NCBI GenBank assembly: GCA_964252035.1 | Contig: OZ176205.1 | Direction: 5' to 3' (one strand) | Length of the DNA stretch: 64,000 nt | Origin: Podarcis erhardii | Taxonomy: Eukaryota | Shown: one piece after another, positions 36,638 through 50,031 of the stretch | Layout: the number at the start of each line of letters is the position of its first letter | How positions within the stretch are numbered: the first letter of the stretch is position 1 | Made by a program: the position numbers and the translations under genes | The notes under the pieces: model-generated | What the model saw: the letters and a program-made list of their open reading frames with translations, nothing else | Told to the model about the DNA's origin: nothing | Database searches by the model: none

Positions 36638-37419
36638 ATGCTGTGGAGGAGATGCCTGGCCTATAAGCTAATAATTCGGAATCCTGCCTGCTCTGTTCTA
36701 ACACTGCTTTGCCAGAGGCAATCTTATACAATCTCACAAGATTTAAGGTTCCCTCACTTGTTATCTGCAAAAAGCAAGCTCCATGCATTGAAGACACAGT
36801 AGGCTCTGCTGCTGTCCTTGTCCTGAACATCACACTGCTCCCCAGCTCCCACACCCCAGCCAAGCAATAGGTACATACTGTAAAAAGGCTTCCACAAGAA
36901 CAGGATTCCAGACTGTATACAAGTCATGAATGGTTTCTCTGGTGCATATGTCCACATTCAATGTGTGGACACCAAGGAGTGGGAGTGCAGAGCCATGTGA
37001 TATTGGAAGATAGGGCCAACAAAAGGCCTTGATACCTCTTCAACAAGTGGAGTCCCCTTCATGCAGGTTAATGCATCAAGGAAGTTCTAGACATCACAGA
37101 TAGGTAAAACAGATAGACAGAAGTAAGTTTGCATAGACATTCTCAAACACCATTAAGCCTCAGGTTTTTTCCTCATGGTGATAAGCTTACAGGGCAGGCT
37201 TCCTGGCCATCCCTTATGCTCAAGCTCTTCTCACACAAACAAAAACAAACACATACACACTGTGAGTGTGTGGTGTACGGGAAAGGCCATATCTGAGCTC
37301 CACAAAGCTACGCCCTCTGGTGTCTCTTCATGTCTGATTCTGTGGCTACGAAACAAGAGAAAGGGAACAGGAGCGTGCAGAGCTATCTTTCTCTCCGTGA
37401 TCTCATGCCTTCAGGCAAT

Positions 37420-37860
37420 CAGTTAACCCAAGCGCCATCTCCCCCTCCCTCCTCCATGTAAAATAATGCTCAACAAAGCTGGGTGGGCGCAGGGCGGCAT
37501 TGCAGCAGTATGTCAAACAGAAGGACATTTTCCTTCTATCTCAGCTGCTGCCCCAGGGTACATTCCACCTACATTCAATCTTTACTCCACTACACATGTT
37601 TCCTCTCCAGCCTGGGATTATTTTTTATCATCAAATTACTGTAGCGATAAGATAGACTCGATGTGATAGCCAGCAGAGGCCCCCGACCTCATTGCCTTCC
37701 CCCAGCCCAGCATCACCCACCATGCCTGCACCGCAAACAGGCAGAGTGCTTTATTCAAATGTCATCAGGGGGTGAAGATACGCCCCTCGGCTGCCTTATT
37801 CACTGGCTGAGACCAAACAGCATATGACAGCAAACGCCTGGGAAAAGGAGGCGGCTGTTA
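37420..37860. promoter_or_regulatory. Candidate conserved non-coding element 6
   Basis: CpG retention, GATA cluster (gcgataagatag), bHLH CATATG 37821-37826. Confidence 0.45.
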
Positions 37861-38129
37861 GCAAGTTAGCTAGGTTTTGCCAAGGCCTTTGTGGGGCAGC
37901 AGGGAACTTTCACACACTCACACTTTTAGCACAAATGTAGCCGGAGCTGCAAAAATGATACAGGCAGAGGTGCAGGGCGACAGGAGGGACAAGCAGTTAC
38001 TGTTTAAGGGCAATATTCAGTAAAGTCTAGATACCAACAGCCAGTTCGTTCCACCCCTCTGTGCATTTCTATACTAACAATGCTAGCAACAGGGGACACT
38101 TGTGGCCTAGTCTTCTGCTAATAGCAGCC

Positions 38130-38345
38130 ATCGCAGCATGGTGGCTAAGAGAGAGAGTCACAAATCAGGATATCATTGGTTCAAATCTTGCCTCTGCCAT
38201 GGTCTCACCAGATGGCCTCTGGCTAGCCACTCTCTCTTAGCCTCAGACCCCCCCAACAATCTACAAAATGATAACACTGACAGACATTATACTGGGGCTG
38301 TTGTAAGGATTACTATTAGACAATACACGTGAAGTGCTTTGACAA
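38130..38345 (+). mobile_element. MIR/Ther1-derived SINE (Squam3-like)
   Basis: gcatggtggctaagag...ggttcaaatcttgcctctgccatg...cactctctcttagcctcag...ggggctgttgtaaggatta...gtgaagtgcttt. Confidence 0.65.
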
Positions 38346-38644
38346 CACGCTTGCTAAAGGCCGAACTAGATAGACATGAGGTTGATGGCATGATTGAAAT
38401 TAACACGTATTGTCTTAAAAAAATAAAACAGTTGCCAATTGAGAGACCTGAGGGAGGGGGGCTGGTTACTCCCCCTCCCCATTCATTGGTCCTGATGAAA
38501 CTCCTCCTCGCCCCCACAAACTGCTATTTACTCCAGGAGGGAAGTTTCATTTGCTTGAAGGTTCCTTTTCAAGGCAAACAGCAGCTTAAAAAGCAAGGGG
38601 AGGATTTCAGTGAGATCAGAGTAGGGGGAAGGGTTAATCCTGAC

Positions 38645-39079
38645 TGTCACAGGACTGCCATCAGAACAGGGGAGGGAGGCAGGGGGGCTGTTGGGATACA
38701 GAGAGCCTCCAAAACTCCTGAGGAGCAGTTCCTCTTCCAGCTGTGGGAAAAGTCACACCTCCAGTGGAGAAGAGGGGGAAGGGGCCAGACAAGCAAGGAA
38801 AGGGCTCAAGGTTGCTGCAGGCTGGCCAGGAGGGAGGCACGCCCCTTCCGTCGCCTAGCTTGCGCAGAGGGGTGAAACGCAAGGAGGGGAGGAGGAGGCT
38901 TGGGGTGCCGAAGTTCTTATGTTGGGGGAGAAACCGGAAGGGGCCACTCCCGGATTCTGCAAGTGACTGAGGCGGACATGAACTTGGTAGATCTGCACTG
39001 TAAATAGTTTGCACAATAAAACCTGTAAAAGCCAGGTTGGAGTCCTGCCTGGTTACTCATGAGCGACCACCATCTGACA
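38645..39079 (+). mobile_element. Solo LTR (435 bp)
   Basis: TGTCA...TGACA termini, 5-bp TSD ctgac (38640-38644, 39080-39084), AATAAA at 39015-39020 near the 3' end, elevated GC/CpG. Confidence 0.75.
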
Positions 39080-39400
39080 CTGACAGTTCCCATCCTGATT
39101 CTTTCCCTCAACCACATGGCTCCCATTTCTATTTTGTAAAATTAGGCATATTGGTTGCAATCACTCTGGGAATGGCATGCCTAGTTTGGCCCTGATGGAG
39201 CCCTAGCTCAAGTAAAGCTGGTTCCCATATACAGTCCCAGATTTGTTACTCCCCTTTCAAGTGCATTATTTAACAAACTGTATGCCCAGCTTGACACCTT
39301 TAGTGTCTACTTTTCACTGCAACCTTAGATGGCTAGAAATGTAGCAGCTGGTTAGAGCCAAATAAAGTGTAAAGAAGAGACACACATTCGTAAAAACGTA

Positions 39401-39403
39401 CGC

Positions 39404-39460
<57 letters not shown>
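39401..39460. repeat. Compound microsatellite (CG)(TG)n(AG)n(ACAG)n
   Basis: Seen directly. Confidence 0.95.
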
Positions 39461-40019
39461 TCCTGAGCAAACAATAGCTCCCTATCACAGTTTCACAGGT
39501 GCTTAAGGAAGCATGTGTGCCTTTCACACTCCATGTCTGTGCTACACAGGAAATACTATGTCCTTACAACAAATGCAACTGCCATATAAAGTGTGGAATG
39601 TCTCATACAAGGATCTCAGAAAGCTTAAGAAATAGACTAGAAGAAACCCCTCTAAATGCTTACACAATGGGTTGTGGGGGGGAATAACAAGGAATTGTTG
39701 CTGTCTCGCATCATTCAGAGCATCCCAGCACTGGGCCAATTTGTGTCATGCAAAAACATCATAGGAAATGGTGCCCCACCTGCTGTTTTCAGTCTCACCA
39801 GAAGTCTCACTATTCATCCTTGACTGAGCAACCCAAGAGGCTCAAGTAAGGCAAATGACAGGTAGGGGATCCAAAACAGATGGAAGGATCCACCTGTGCT
39901 TGCAAAGCCAAGGAAACTCAGTCAGGCCTTTGTGATGAATCTCCTCTGCTTCTTGTTTACTCCAACCCCTTCTCTGAACAACTGCCTGCCCAGCTGCATG
40001 TCAGGGCACTCCCTCTAAT

Positions 40020-40230
40020 CCCTATTAATTTAAGCAATGCTGGGCTGCTGCTCACCCCAAACTCTTTATTATTTATCAGGTTTGTTTATTTGTAGCTAAC
40101 AGGTAGTGCTCAGCGTGGGCCCCCAGGACAGAGACAGGGGCCGTTAATCATATTGGCTCCCCCGCCATCCGCCATCCGTCAATTACTCCTGCTTCCTTTA
40201 ATTAGTAATGAGGACTAATATCCCTGCCTC
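40020..40230. promoter_or_regulatory. Candidate conserved non-coding element 7
   Basis: FOX TGTTTATT 40083-40090, TTAATTAG 40198-40205, CpG cluster ccgccatccgccatccgtcaatta. Confidence 0.5.
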
Positions 40231-40683
40231 GCACACAGGCTGGAGTGGAACTCCCCTCCAGGGGAAGGAGAGAGTGAGGGCCAGGGGAGGATTCGAAATA
40301 AATAAGGGAAATGGGGCTTCTCTTTCTCAAGCAGCCACTAAGCCCCAGGCTCCTGTCACTCCTGGAGAAACAAGCAGCCCCCAAGGCCCTTATTTATCAC
40401 CCACTTGAGAGTGCCTACTGCAAAAGGCAAGCAGGAATTATTTTTCCAAGCAGCACACCCCTCTCCAGTTGATGCAGAGTGAGGAACAAGACAAGCAGCC
40501 TCAGTCACAGAGGTATGCAAAGAAGATCAGCAGGCTAAGGTTCTGCTCACACACAGATGGCTTTCAAAATGAACCTGAGGGCAAGAAAGCTGGATGGGGC
40601 CCAAGCTCTGCAATGTTGGCCATGCAGAACTATAGTCCTAGAAAGCAAATACATTTTCTGATGCCCCTCAGTTCTGATCCAAA

Positions 40684-40717
<34 letters not shown>

Positions 40718-40722
40718 TGTGT
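40684..40722. repeat. (TC)n(TG)n microsatellite
   Basis: Seen directly. Confidence 0.95.
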
Positions 40723-43700
40723 TTCACCAGTAAGCCTCACTCTAATTCATCCCAGACCCAGCCTCTGTGTCCAGTCTTTTAGATGCCCACCAGTTCTAAT
40801 TCCATGAATCCCTTACAAGTCCAACCACACTCCTTGCTCAAAATTTTAATGCCCCACAGTTCTGATTCATGCTTCCAGCCCCAAATTATCTTCTTCACAG
40901 TTTAGGAGATTAGCTATAATTTCCATGCACAAACTGCTATCCCATACAAACATCAGGGAAAAGTGACGGGGGGGGGGCATGAACACCCCTAGCCTTGAAG
41001 CCCAAACAGGGAGTGCCCCAGAGTAAAAGGAGGAATGAATTTCACAGCTCTAAATTTCTGACTCCCTCCTTACAAGATCACATTAGACATTTCCTCTTAT
41101 TGGCATGGAATGGTATCCTCCTATATGTTTCCTTTCTGAAGAAACCAAGTCTAGACAGAATAACGTTGGAGGAGGGGAGAGAGGAGTGACTGAGAAAGTC
41201 CAACACTAGATTAGAGATTGAAACTATTTACAGAACAGCTGCCACATCCAATTGTTCTTCCTGTGAGCTCCCAAAAGGTAGTGGAGGAAGAAAGTTAAGT
41301 CAAATGGTCATTAAAGCTGGCTGTTGTGGGGAGTCTTGTGTGTGAGTAGGTTTACCCAATGCCTCAGGCAGCATAGGATACAAATTATGCCCTTGTGATT
41401 TATTGACTGGGGAAGTTTTTACACTGCAGCCCATTAAAACAGATGGCTCTGTTTACAGCTTGGGCTTCATGCCGTAGAAACCTACACTGACTGGATGTTA
41501 AGCTTATGATGACTCTGCAGGTGGACATCTCATTAAACATATCTGTATGCACTGTGCTCAAGATCCAAGCTTCATAAGCCCTTAGGGAGGTTTTTAATGA
41601 GTTTAATAAGTGAGATAGGTTATCAACTGTTCAGGCCTCAATGGATCTGTAGGAGAACATACACAAAACTCTACAAATCAGAGCTATGTAGTGGTAGCTG
41701 TTACCACTTGAACACTAAGGTAGGGTCAACAATGGCCAGACCAGGCCCGATTTTGCCCTCCAAGTTCCAAGGGATTAAGGAGCCTGTGTGACTACTTCCT
41801 CAATTTTTCAAATTCTTCTCACACTTGAAGGGCTCTGGGTTTGACATGGAGACTACTGTGGTTTCTCCAGAGTAAAAAATCTGAAAGAAAGTTGCTTGTG
41901 CCATAAGGCAGTTAGGGGTCAGAGGTTTGACTGCCAGGAGAGTGGAGAGTGCTTGTCCTAGCTCTGAAGCTGCAGGGCTAGACTGGTCTGAGGCTGCCCA
42001 AGGATGATGGAATATCCATGCTTCCAGACCCTCAGGATTTTACAGTGTCTTGGATCCAGAGATCCCATTCAAACATGTGGTCAGTTACCCAATACCCACA
42101 TCTACAGTTGCCTGAACTTGTTGAAAAGCTACTGTGGTGGCTAACCCATTAAATCACTTTTCATGGAGGGCTGCAGCTACTCTGTGGTGGTAACTGATGG
42201 AGGCAATGTGTATGTGTGGAAGAGCACAGTATCAATGCAAAAGTTCCTGCTGCCATGCAGCTCCACTAGGTACCACTGCTGTTGCTGCCACTACCTGAGG
42301 GTGAAACAAATGCTCCCTTCTCTGATCACAGAACCAGGCCCCATGTGGGGAGAAAATAGTTGGGAGGGAGTATGCTGGAAAGCAGAGCAGACAAGTGCAG
42401 GTAGGAGCTCTCAAGATGGTAAAACAAACTTTTCTTAATTAATGCAAACTTTCTAGTCCAACATATTTATGAAACCCACTTTGCATGGTAATGTTGACAA
42501 CTGTACAAATCCTTCTGGGCATGGAATAAACTACTTGTGTAGGCCACGATAGCTAGCTATTCCCCTCCAAATTGTCTGGGTGGAATATGGGATGGGAAGG
42601 AAGAAACAGGCAGAGTTGGCATTTTCACCACTAATTCTCTCCTAAACAGGCTGCATCTCTCAGAAATGAAATTTTGTAGGCGATTAGCTCACAATGTGAA
42701 CTTAATCGCTTTGGGTATTTAAAAAGCCCCATTAAATTAAATGGCCAAGATATTGAGGTTTAAGCAGTGGCTGCGTCCAATGCACAGTAACTCCCAAGCT
42801 CATTACCAGCATTGCCAATTTTGCAGTTGGAATTACAGACCCATGAGAGGCTGAGCTATTTAATGCCCATTCACAGAACACAGCACAACAGAGCTTTTGG
42901 GGGGGGGGTGAAATGGCTGCAATAACACAAAGCTTGTGGCAAAAAGGGCTAATGTGACAAAAAGGGCTAATGTGTAAATAGGGATGAATTGAACATACCA
43001 TGGGGGGGGGGGGGAGAGAGAGAGATAGCTACCAGATACCACAAACAAATCAGAGTTCCAAAACTAGGGTGAAAAGGAAAAATAAAGTGGCAGAGGCACA
43101 AATGCCATTTTGGCAACATATATATGGAATGGGAAGTTGATACACATGGCAGCTTAGTGATCAGTCTAAACATAGTGAAATAATACTGTTGTGCATGTTA
43201 TGAATATGTTTGCTGTCTGTCCACTAGTGCCTATCCATTAGGAAGGGATGGGGATACTCCCACTTCCGAAATCAAAGAAATTCAAGTTTGCAACTAACTT
43301 TTAACATTCACACAAGATGTTCCTTGAGGCCAAGAAATAACCAAACACAAGACACATTTGTGATCTTGCATGTGACACTGTAGGACACAGCAGCAGCGAG
43401 GCCCACAAGAGAGCTGGCACAAAACCAAACAGATTGTTGTTTAATTCCAGCTTTGAGGAAGAAATAGTTGAATGACTGAAGAGGCTGGGCTCTGCTTTAC
43501 ATTCCTCTCTGTAACACTATTGAGCTGTAAGTGATAGCAATTTTACCTGACATTGTTCATTTAAATTATTTACACTCCTCAAGTGTAGATATGCAACTTT
43601 TCTTGGAATGCCTTGCGAGGGGAGACTGGGACAACAGCTTTAAAATTACTTGCATCTATCACTCAATCGCTTTCAAGTTGCACACACCACTCCGGACTTA

Positions 43701-44379
43701 ATGACATCATTTCTGCAGTCACAAATCTGTCACTGATTTTGGTTTAAAGCCAACAGGATTCCCTGTCTGGGAGCTGAAATTACCAGGCTTCTCAATGATG
43801 GAAGAACCTCATCACTCAAACTACACTCTTCCTGCAAGTTGTGAAAAGTGTGGTTTCCTCTCTCTCTTGTGGCATGAAACATGTTGCATTGTAAATGCTA
43901 TGGAATACAGAATGGACAAATGAAGCAACCCAATCCCTCATTCTAATTCTATACTGAGTACAGCCAATATTTGCCAGAGGTTGGGGTCAAGTAAGGAATA
44001 AGACAAGACAGGAGAATCCAGAAATCAACATGGCTTATTATCCTATAAAGAAGCTTGGATTCCCATACTGCCTCCCCTCCCCCAACATTAACATAGGAAT
44101 TAATTCCAGCAGGTCAGTGGCTAGGGAGAGGGAGAGGGAGAGGGAGAGAAAATCTACACTATTAACCTTCTGTGGCTGCCCATACCAAAAGAGCAACTGC
44201 ATCAAATAATTTGCATGAGCTTGCCTGTGCATAAGGTTAGCTTTAGAGGCCCAGCTCCTAGTCCATCTTTACTGAATATTGGATTGATGAATACTACAGA
44301 CAGTGCTTTTTCAGTGGTGGTACCACAGATATTCTCTGCCTGGGAACAATACCGTCTCTTTACATTCATGAAATAGGCC

Positions 44380-44380
<1 letters not shown>

Positions 44381-44427
<47 letters not shown>
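44381..44427. repeat. (TTA)n microsatellite
   Basis: Seen directly; source of the poly-Ile ORF 44202..44444. Confidence 0.95.
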
Positions 44428-44428
<1 letters not shown>

Positions 44429-46826
44429 TTATTCTGGCAGGCATTTTCTATTTGATCTTTGCAGTTCTAAAAAAAGAATGGTTTTAAGCTCAATGGTTTT
44501 ATTGTGGTATTTTTAGTCTCATTTTATTATTTCCGATAGTTTATCTTTTTATACTGAAAGCAACTTTGATTAAATCGGTGAAAAGCTGAACAGAAATAAC
44601 TTTACATACATGCAAACCCTTTTGGAAAGCCGAAGCAATGAGTGCAGTGCTGGTACAATTAACTCAAGCAGTCACGAATCTTTGCTTCTGCCATTGATTT
44701 CGATTCAACTCCAATTTTATGCTTTGACCTTCTCCCCACAGCCCTTGCTCCCAAACCAACAAACAAATCTTATGCAGTTTTCTGTCTGTGAACAACTATA
44801 AGAAATCCCAGTGAACAATAGGAACACCTAGGGAGAAGAGCACCCCTCTGGCTTTGGTTTGTTTTAAGCCCTCAGGTTTCTGTGTAGAAGCCTTTTGGCT
44901 GAGTGGTGATGCAAAATGAATATTGTGAGCTCCAGTGTGGCTTCCTCTGCTGCCAGGAAGATATTATTCTGGTGAAAGTAATATACAATTCAACTTTAGC
45001 AGAGAAATACCCCGTAACAGAATTTGTATCTACAAAAGCTCATGCAAGTTATGGTTTCAAATGATGATCCAAGAAGGAAGATGAAAAGGCAAAACAGTCT
45101 ATTTGTCTAACCACAGACTTCTTCACTGCCGATCCTTGGCCAAACAAGTGGATCAGAATGATTCCAAAATGCATCCCGATGCACAGAAGCCTTTTTCTTC
45201 AACTGCCAGAAAATGGTTAGCAATGGAAGGCCATTTAAAGTAAACGCAGGGTCTCTTCCAACAAGCCTGACTGATTCAAGATTGGCAAGAGGTGCCTGTG
45301 TGCCCAACCATAACCAATCAGGGTTCAGGACAGGGCTGGCCTTCACTGTACCATTTTCCAGATGTAAAGCAAAGGGGCGTTCCTAATGGTTTATAATTGT
45401 GTTGGAAAGATTTTGCTTGTCCCTTGAGTGGGAAAGGTCATGAACCATAGCTACTGCCCAACTGCTAAGTAATGGTTGTTTTTAATCTAAATTGTACAGA
45501 TAACAAAGCTGGATTCCATCCAAGACTGTTCATTACTATTCCATTCATCATGTGACAACCAATGCTGCAATATCTGCCAGGAAGGGGAAGAAAAATAATA
45601 GCAGTGTTGTGGGGCTGCTGTCAAACACAACCAGCCTAAGAAACAGGTATGAGTGCCTGAGGAATGGGAGAAGGGCATTGGGGGTTAGCTTCCTGTTAAC
45701 ATACTGAAACATGAAATCAAACTTTCAGTTCATAGGCAAAGGGCAGGCATATAGTCCAAATAAAAGCAGGTAGTACTTGGTCCTGATCAAACTAGGTAGT
45801 ACTATTCTCTGGAGTCCATTCACTCTCCACAACACATGCATTGTGACAGATCCACCAAACTTAGGAGAGGACTAAGAGTTGAAATTTTCTACATCAGTCC
45901 TCAATGCTCTGTCCTGAATAGCATGCCCAGCAATGGTGCCTGCCAGTCCCCTCCTTTCTTCTTTCCCACTGCTTAATGGAATATGAACCAATCTTTCAGA
46001 AGGAGTTACACCATCAGGGTGTAATGCACTAATGGGTAAGAGAACAGATTAGGGCACCACTTATGTTACATCCCCATCGAGGTGGAGCAATGGGTTGGAT
46101 CTCCTGGAATAATATTACAAGAGGCAGAGATGGAAGGCCTTCACCCCGCAGAGTTTTGTTTCTGTTCAGCAGCAATTTACCATGTGAAGGGACTGGATAT
46201 TTATAATTATGCTCAGAGTGGCCACTTTGAAAAATCTATATGTCTCTAGGCTCTGCGTACATCACCATGTCAGCTCTCTGAACAGAGGCATCCATCAGCT
46301 ACCACGCATCACAGATCTTGGAGAGCACTTGAGAAATGCTTAGTGAGGCCTGTGTCCCACCATCCTGGCTGAGAAGGCATTCTGGTCCAAAGCAGCCACC
46401 TTAGCCTGGGCCAATAAAGTAGGGCATTGCAGCCACACCACCACCAAAGAATAAGACTCAGTAACTGGAGCCTGGGTTTTGTCCTGGAAGTGATGTCAGC
46501 ATCACAGGATTTTAGTCTTAGCATCTATGAAGTTGGCAGAATCTTGTTTTGTGCTTTCTCCAATCATACTAGGTATACTGGCAGAAATATGGAGTCAAGA
46601 TGTACAATGATGGAGGGGGAAATCACTCAAACTGACAAAGATGAGATACAGAAACTCATGTCCACATCTATTTATCCATCCATCGAGAGGCAAAAGCAGG
46701 TGCAAGGGGACTTTTGGATGACATCACACTGGCAGGATCCTTCCAAATACTTTTCATAATTCTGTCTCCCCCAGGCAACTCTCATCATAAAGGTGAAGAC
46801 ATCAAGGTCCAATGGAACTTCTTGAG

Positions 46827-46945
46827 AATGTAAGAATCGTCCTGTTGGCTCAGTCTAAAGGCCCATCTTGTCCAACCTGTTATCACAGTGGCCAGCCAGC
46901 TGCCTTGGGGAAGCTTGCAAGCAGGACAGCAGTGCAACAGCACTC
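46827..46945 (-). mobile_element. CR1 LINE 3' end
   Basis: taagaatcgtcctgttggctcagtctaaaggcccatcttgtccaac...cacagtggccagccag is the reverse complement of the CR1 3' UTR as recalled. Confidence 0.65.
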
Positions 46946-47169
46946 TTGATGGCACTCAAAGAACAATGATCTCCATCCCTTTTATTTAAATCATGTGTTT
47001 TTCCCAGGATGTGGGTGGATATGCTCTAACTAACCTGCCACCCTTCTGCGAAGAGTGAAGAAGAGCTGTTATCAGGCACAGAGAGGGCTGGAAGCGGACG
47101 CACCATGCTTCCTTCCCTAACACTCTGCCCAGGCTGTTCTTAAAAATTTATTACTCTGTTGCAACATGA

Positions 47170-47450
47170 AAAATAAGACAGAGAAGCAATCATTAGTATA
47201 ACTATAACTCCCCGTGCAATAGTCACACTTGTAAATTGAGATTTATGATTGCAGCTGCCGATATTTTAGAGCAGGGTGCCTGCGCCGGCATCAGCAAAGC
47301 CCCGCTGCTCGCTGCCCCGGCGCTGTTACAGTTTATCACAATCTGCAGAGATTATTGCAATGAATAATACAGAACAGGCTGGCAGTGAAGAACTATTCCC
47401 GATCAAACGCTTCTGTAAACAACTGAATAAATAATATTTCTCATCCCCTC
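47170..47450. promoter_or_regulatory. Candidate conserved non-coding element 8
   Basis: CpG-dense core (gcgccggc...cccgctgctcgctgccccggcgc) flanked by AT-rich GATTTAT and FOX GTAAACA (47415-47421) sites. Confidence 0.55.
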
Positions 47451-49254
47451 TTTGAAGCCCTCGTGGGCCTGGGGAGATCACTCATTGCACAGTAGAAGAG
47501 CTAAGGGCTTGGGGAGAGTGTGGGGGGGGGAGATGGTCATTAGATTAAATGCAACACCAGGCATGCGGTGGAAGCTCTATGAAGACCAAGCTCTATCAGT
47601 CACAGCTCGCAAAACCTCCATTTGTTTACTGAGGAGCAGCCAGTGAAGAAGGGGCATGACTAAGACTGTATCACAAGTTTGTGGCAGAGAACAGATTGAA
47701 TACCCAGTCTTCTGAAATCTAGCCCAGTGAAACTGAGAAATAATCAGCTAGGATTGAGCCAAGTATTATTTCTATACATATCTGATTGTCTAAGTAAATG
47801 AAAAGATCACATTGAAAGACAACAGAGAAAGAGGCAGACAAGAGAAGGAGGAATTTGCTCACAGGCAGGTTCAGGAGCAGGTGCAAATATGATGAAACGA
47901 CATCCCCCGAGACACACCAGGGCTGCCTCTCAGGCCATGTAGAGTTTGAGGGTATGCAGGGAGGCCAGACTCTCCGCATGCATAAATGTCAATAAGTAAT
48001 GTAACATGATGAGGATTATGTGCCAACAACTGCAAAAAGGGCATATCTTGCAGGATGTTAAAGGATAAAGTTCACCTCTGGAACAGCCTTCAATTTTTCA
48101 CTGCTACAGCAGAGCCATTCCTGTCTCTTTTTAACCTGTTCTGTGTGGTTTCAATGTTCAGCATGACAGCTCAAGTACTGGGGAGCCAAGGGGACGTTAG
48201 GCCAGAGCTTTCTATTTTGACACCTTTTTTCGTCATCTACTACTGAATCATTTAAAGAAAGTCACCCCATTCAATTTTTTTGTCATCCCAATCTAGGAGA
48301 CTGGATGGAAATACGGCATACATGTTCATAATATTCATAGTTAACAAGGGAACATGGAACAGGAACCAAAGGTTTATTCTGGGACATGAGCACACAGCTT
48401 TTGTGGGGGGCGGGGCTGAAACCCCTGCACCACCACTTTGACTTCTATAAGTTTTCTATAACAGGCAGTTTTAGTGCTGCATGCTAAGGTCTTATGGTGA
48501 GAGTGGGAATGGGAGAAACCAAGTCACATTATTTAACTAATTGCCGTAGGATAGCTAATTTCATTAATAGTGATGAAAAATGAAATAGCTTTGCCAAATG
48601 CACTTGAATGTCTGGTGCCCCTAAGATGGTGTGAGAGCAAAGGAAGCACAAGAGAGAGATGCACACCAGCAGAGCAGAGCAACTCCCAAGGGAAGTTCTG
48701 CCTCATTCAGGCTTAGAAAGACAAAGCAATCCTCCAAGGTCATGAAGGTAAGAGGCAAGGATTAATCTGATTCTTTGGGCCTTGGCTGTTATTTTAGAGG
48801 GCTTGTCTGTCTGAATTGCTCTAGCTTCCTCTCTACCTCCAGAAAAAAAAGTGAAGAGGAATACCTTTTTATAAAGTTTCTCAACAGTTCTGACTTACAC
48901 CTCTATTCAGATTGCTGCCGCCCTTATTCTCACTGTCTTCTGGCTCTCCTTTACTCATTTTTCTCCCTATCTTACTTGAGAAAGACACCCTAGCTATATT
49001 CTGAATTTGTACTTATCTTCTCCTTGGATCACCATTAAGGTTGTTCCAAATTCTGTCTTTCCCAGGGTCTTAGGATCACTTTACATTACACTGATGCTTT
49101 TAAACATGTTTCACCATACAGTCCAACAGCTTGTTTCCGATGGCTGAGACAATGGATTTAAATGTTCATGCCGGAGAAAGATATTTGTAGTATCAACTGC
49201 TTAGACCACCACTTCCATTCCATTGCCAGTGAGTTCCAAGATGATGATTCCATA

Positions 49255-49360
49255 GCCAGTGGAGTCAACTAAGTTCTACTCAGAGTTGACCCATTGAGAT
49301 AAATGACCATGACTTAACCTAAGTTGGTCTACGCTGAGTAAAAGTTAGTTGAATACAGCC
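49255..49360. mobile_element. Palindromic non-autonomous DNA element (Chompy-like)
   Basis: caactaagttctactcagagttgaccca ... ggtctacgctgagtaaaagttagttg inverted arms. Confidence 0.6.
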
Positions 49361-49644
49361 TTGTATATAAAATTTAGAAGGATATCTTGTTAATATTATC
49401 TCTCATTCCAACCGACTACTAATATTTCAGAGATCCCCTTAGGAAATGTTGTGGCACCAAGTCTGGAAGCAGATACAGATTGCAGTTCCTGTTCTTGCAT
49501 GGTCTGTATTGGCCCTAGTTGTGAACTATACACAGAATGGGCCTTATTCCTTTCTGAGTTTTAGCCAAGTCCTTGGCTATGTTCTTTTTCAACCATCCCA
49601 CCAAGAACTAACTGAGATAATTACTAAAGTCTTGTATATTTGCT

Positions 49645-49843
49645 GGGTTACAGACTCTACTAACCCAGAAATAGTACCTCGGGTTAAGAACTTTGCTTCA
49701 GGATGAGAACACAAATTGTGCGCTGGCAGCACAATGGCAGCGAGAGGCCCCCATTAGCTAAAGTGGTACCTCAGGTTAAGAACAGTTTCAGGTAAAGAAC
49801 GGACCTCCAGAACAAATTAAGTTCTTAACCTGAGGTACTACTG
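49645..49843. mobile_element. Tc1/mariner (Tigger-like) MITE, 5' truncated
   Basis: Internal agtacctcgggttaagaac repeats; right TIR ttcttaacctgaggtactactg|ta. Confidence 0.75.
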
Positions 49844-49926
49844 TACTTGGAAAGGTATCAACAAATGAATGGCAAAAGTCTGGCCCCTGGAAAGACATTC
49901 TCCACTACACAGACACCAGTTCTTCA

Positions 49927-50031
49927 GTGTATCTGAAGAAGTGTGCATGCACACGAAAGCTCATACCTAGAACTAACTCAGTTGGTCTTTAAGGTGCTAC
50001 TGGAAGGAATTTTTTTATTTTGTTTTGACCA
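49927..50031 (+). mobile_element. Short Penelope-like insert, identical to the reverse complement of 34438-34542
   Basis: Base-by-base comparison by eye shows no mismatch over about 105 nt. Confidence 0.82.
49929..49966 (+). ncRNA. Minimal type-I hammerhead ribozyme motif (antisense to ERI3)
   Basis: gtat-ctgaaga-a-gtgtg(catg)cacac-gaaa-gc-tc-atac. Activity untested. Confidence 0.8.

Noticed and set aside
36099-36802. 190-aa and overlapping ORFs with CV repeats
   Set aside because: Inflated by the stop-free (TG)n microsatellite; no domain recognised.
38339-39014. 178-aa and 117-aa ORFs
   Set aside because: Span a SINE end and the solo LTR; no gag or pol similarity recognised.
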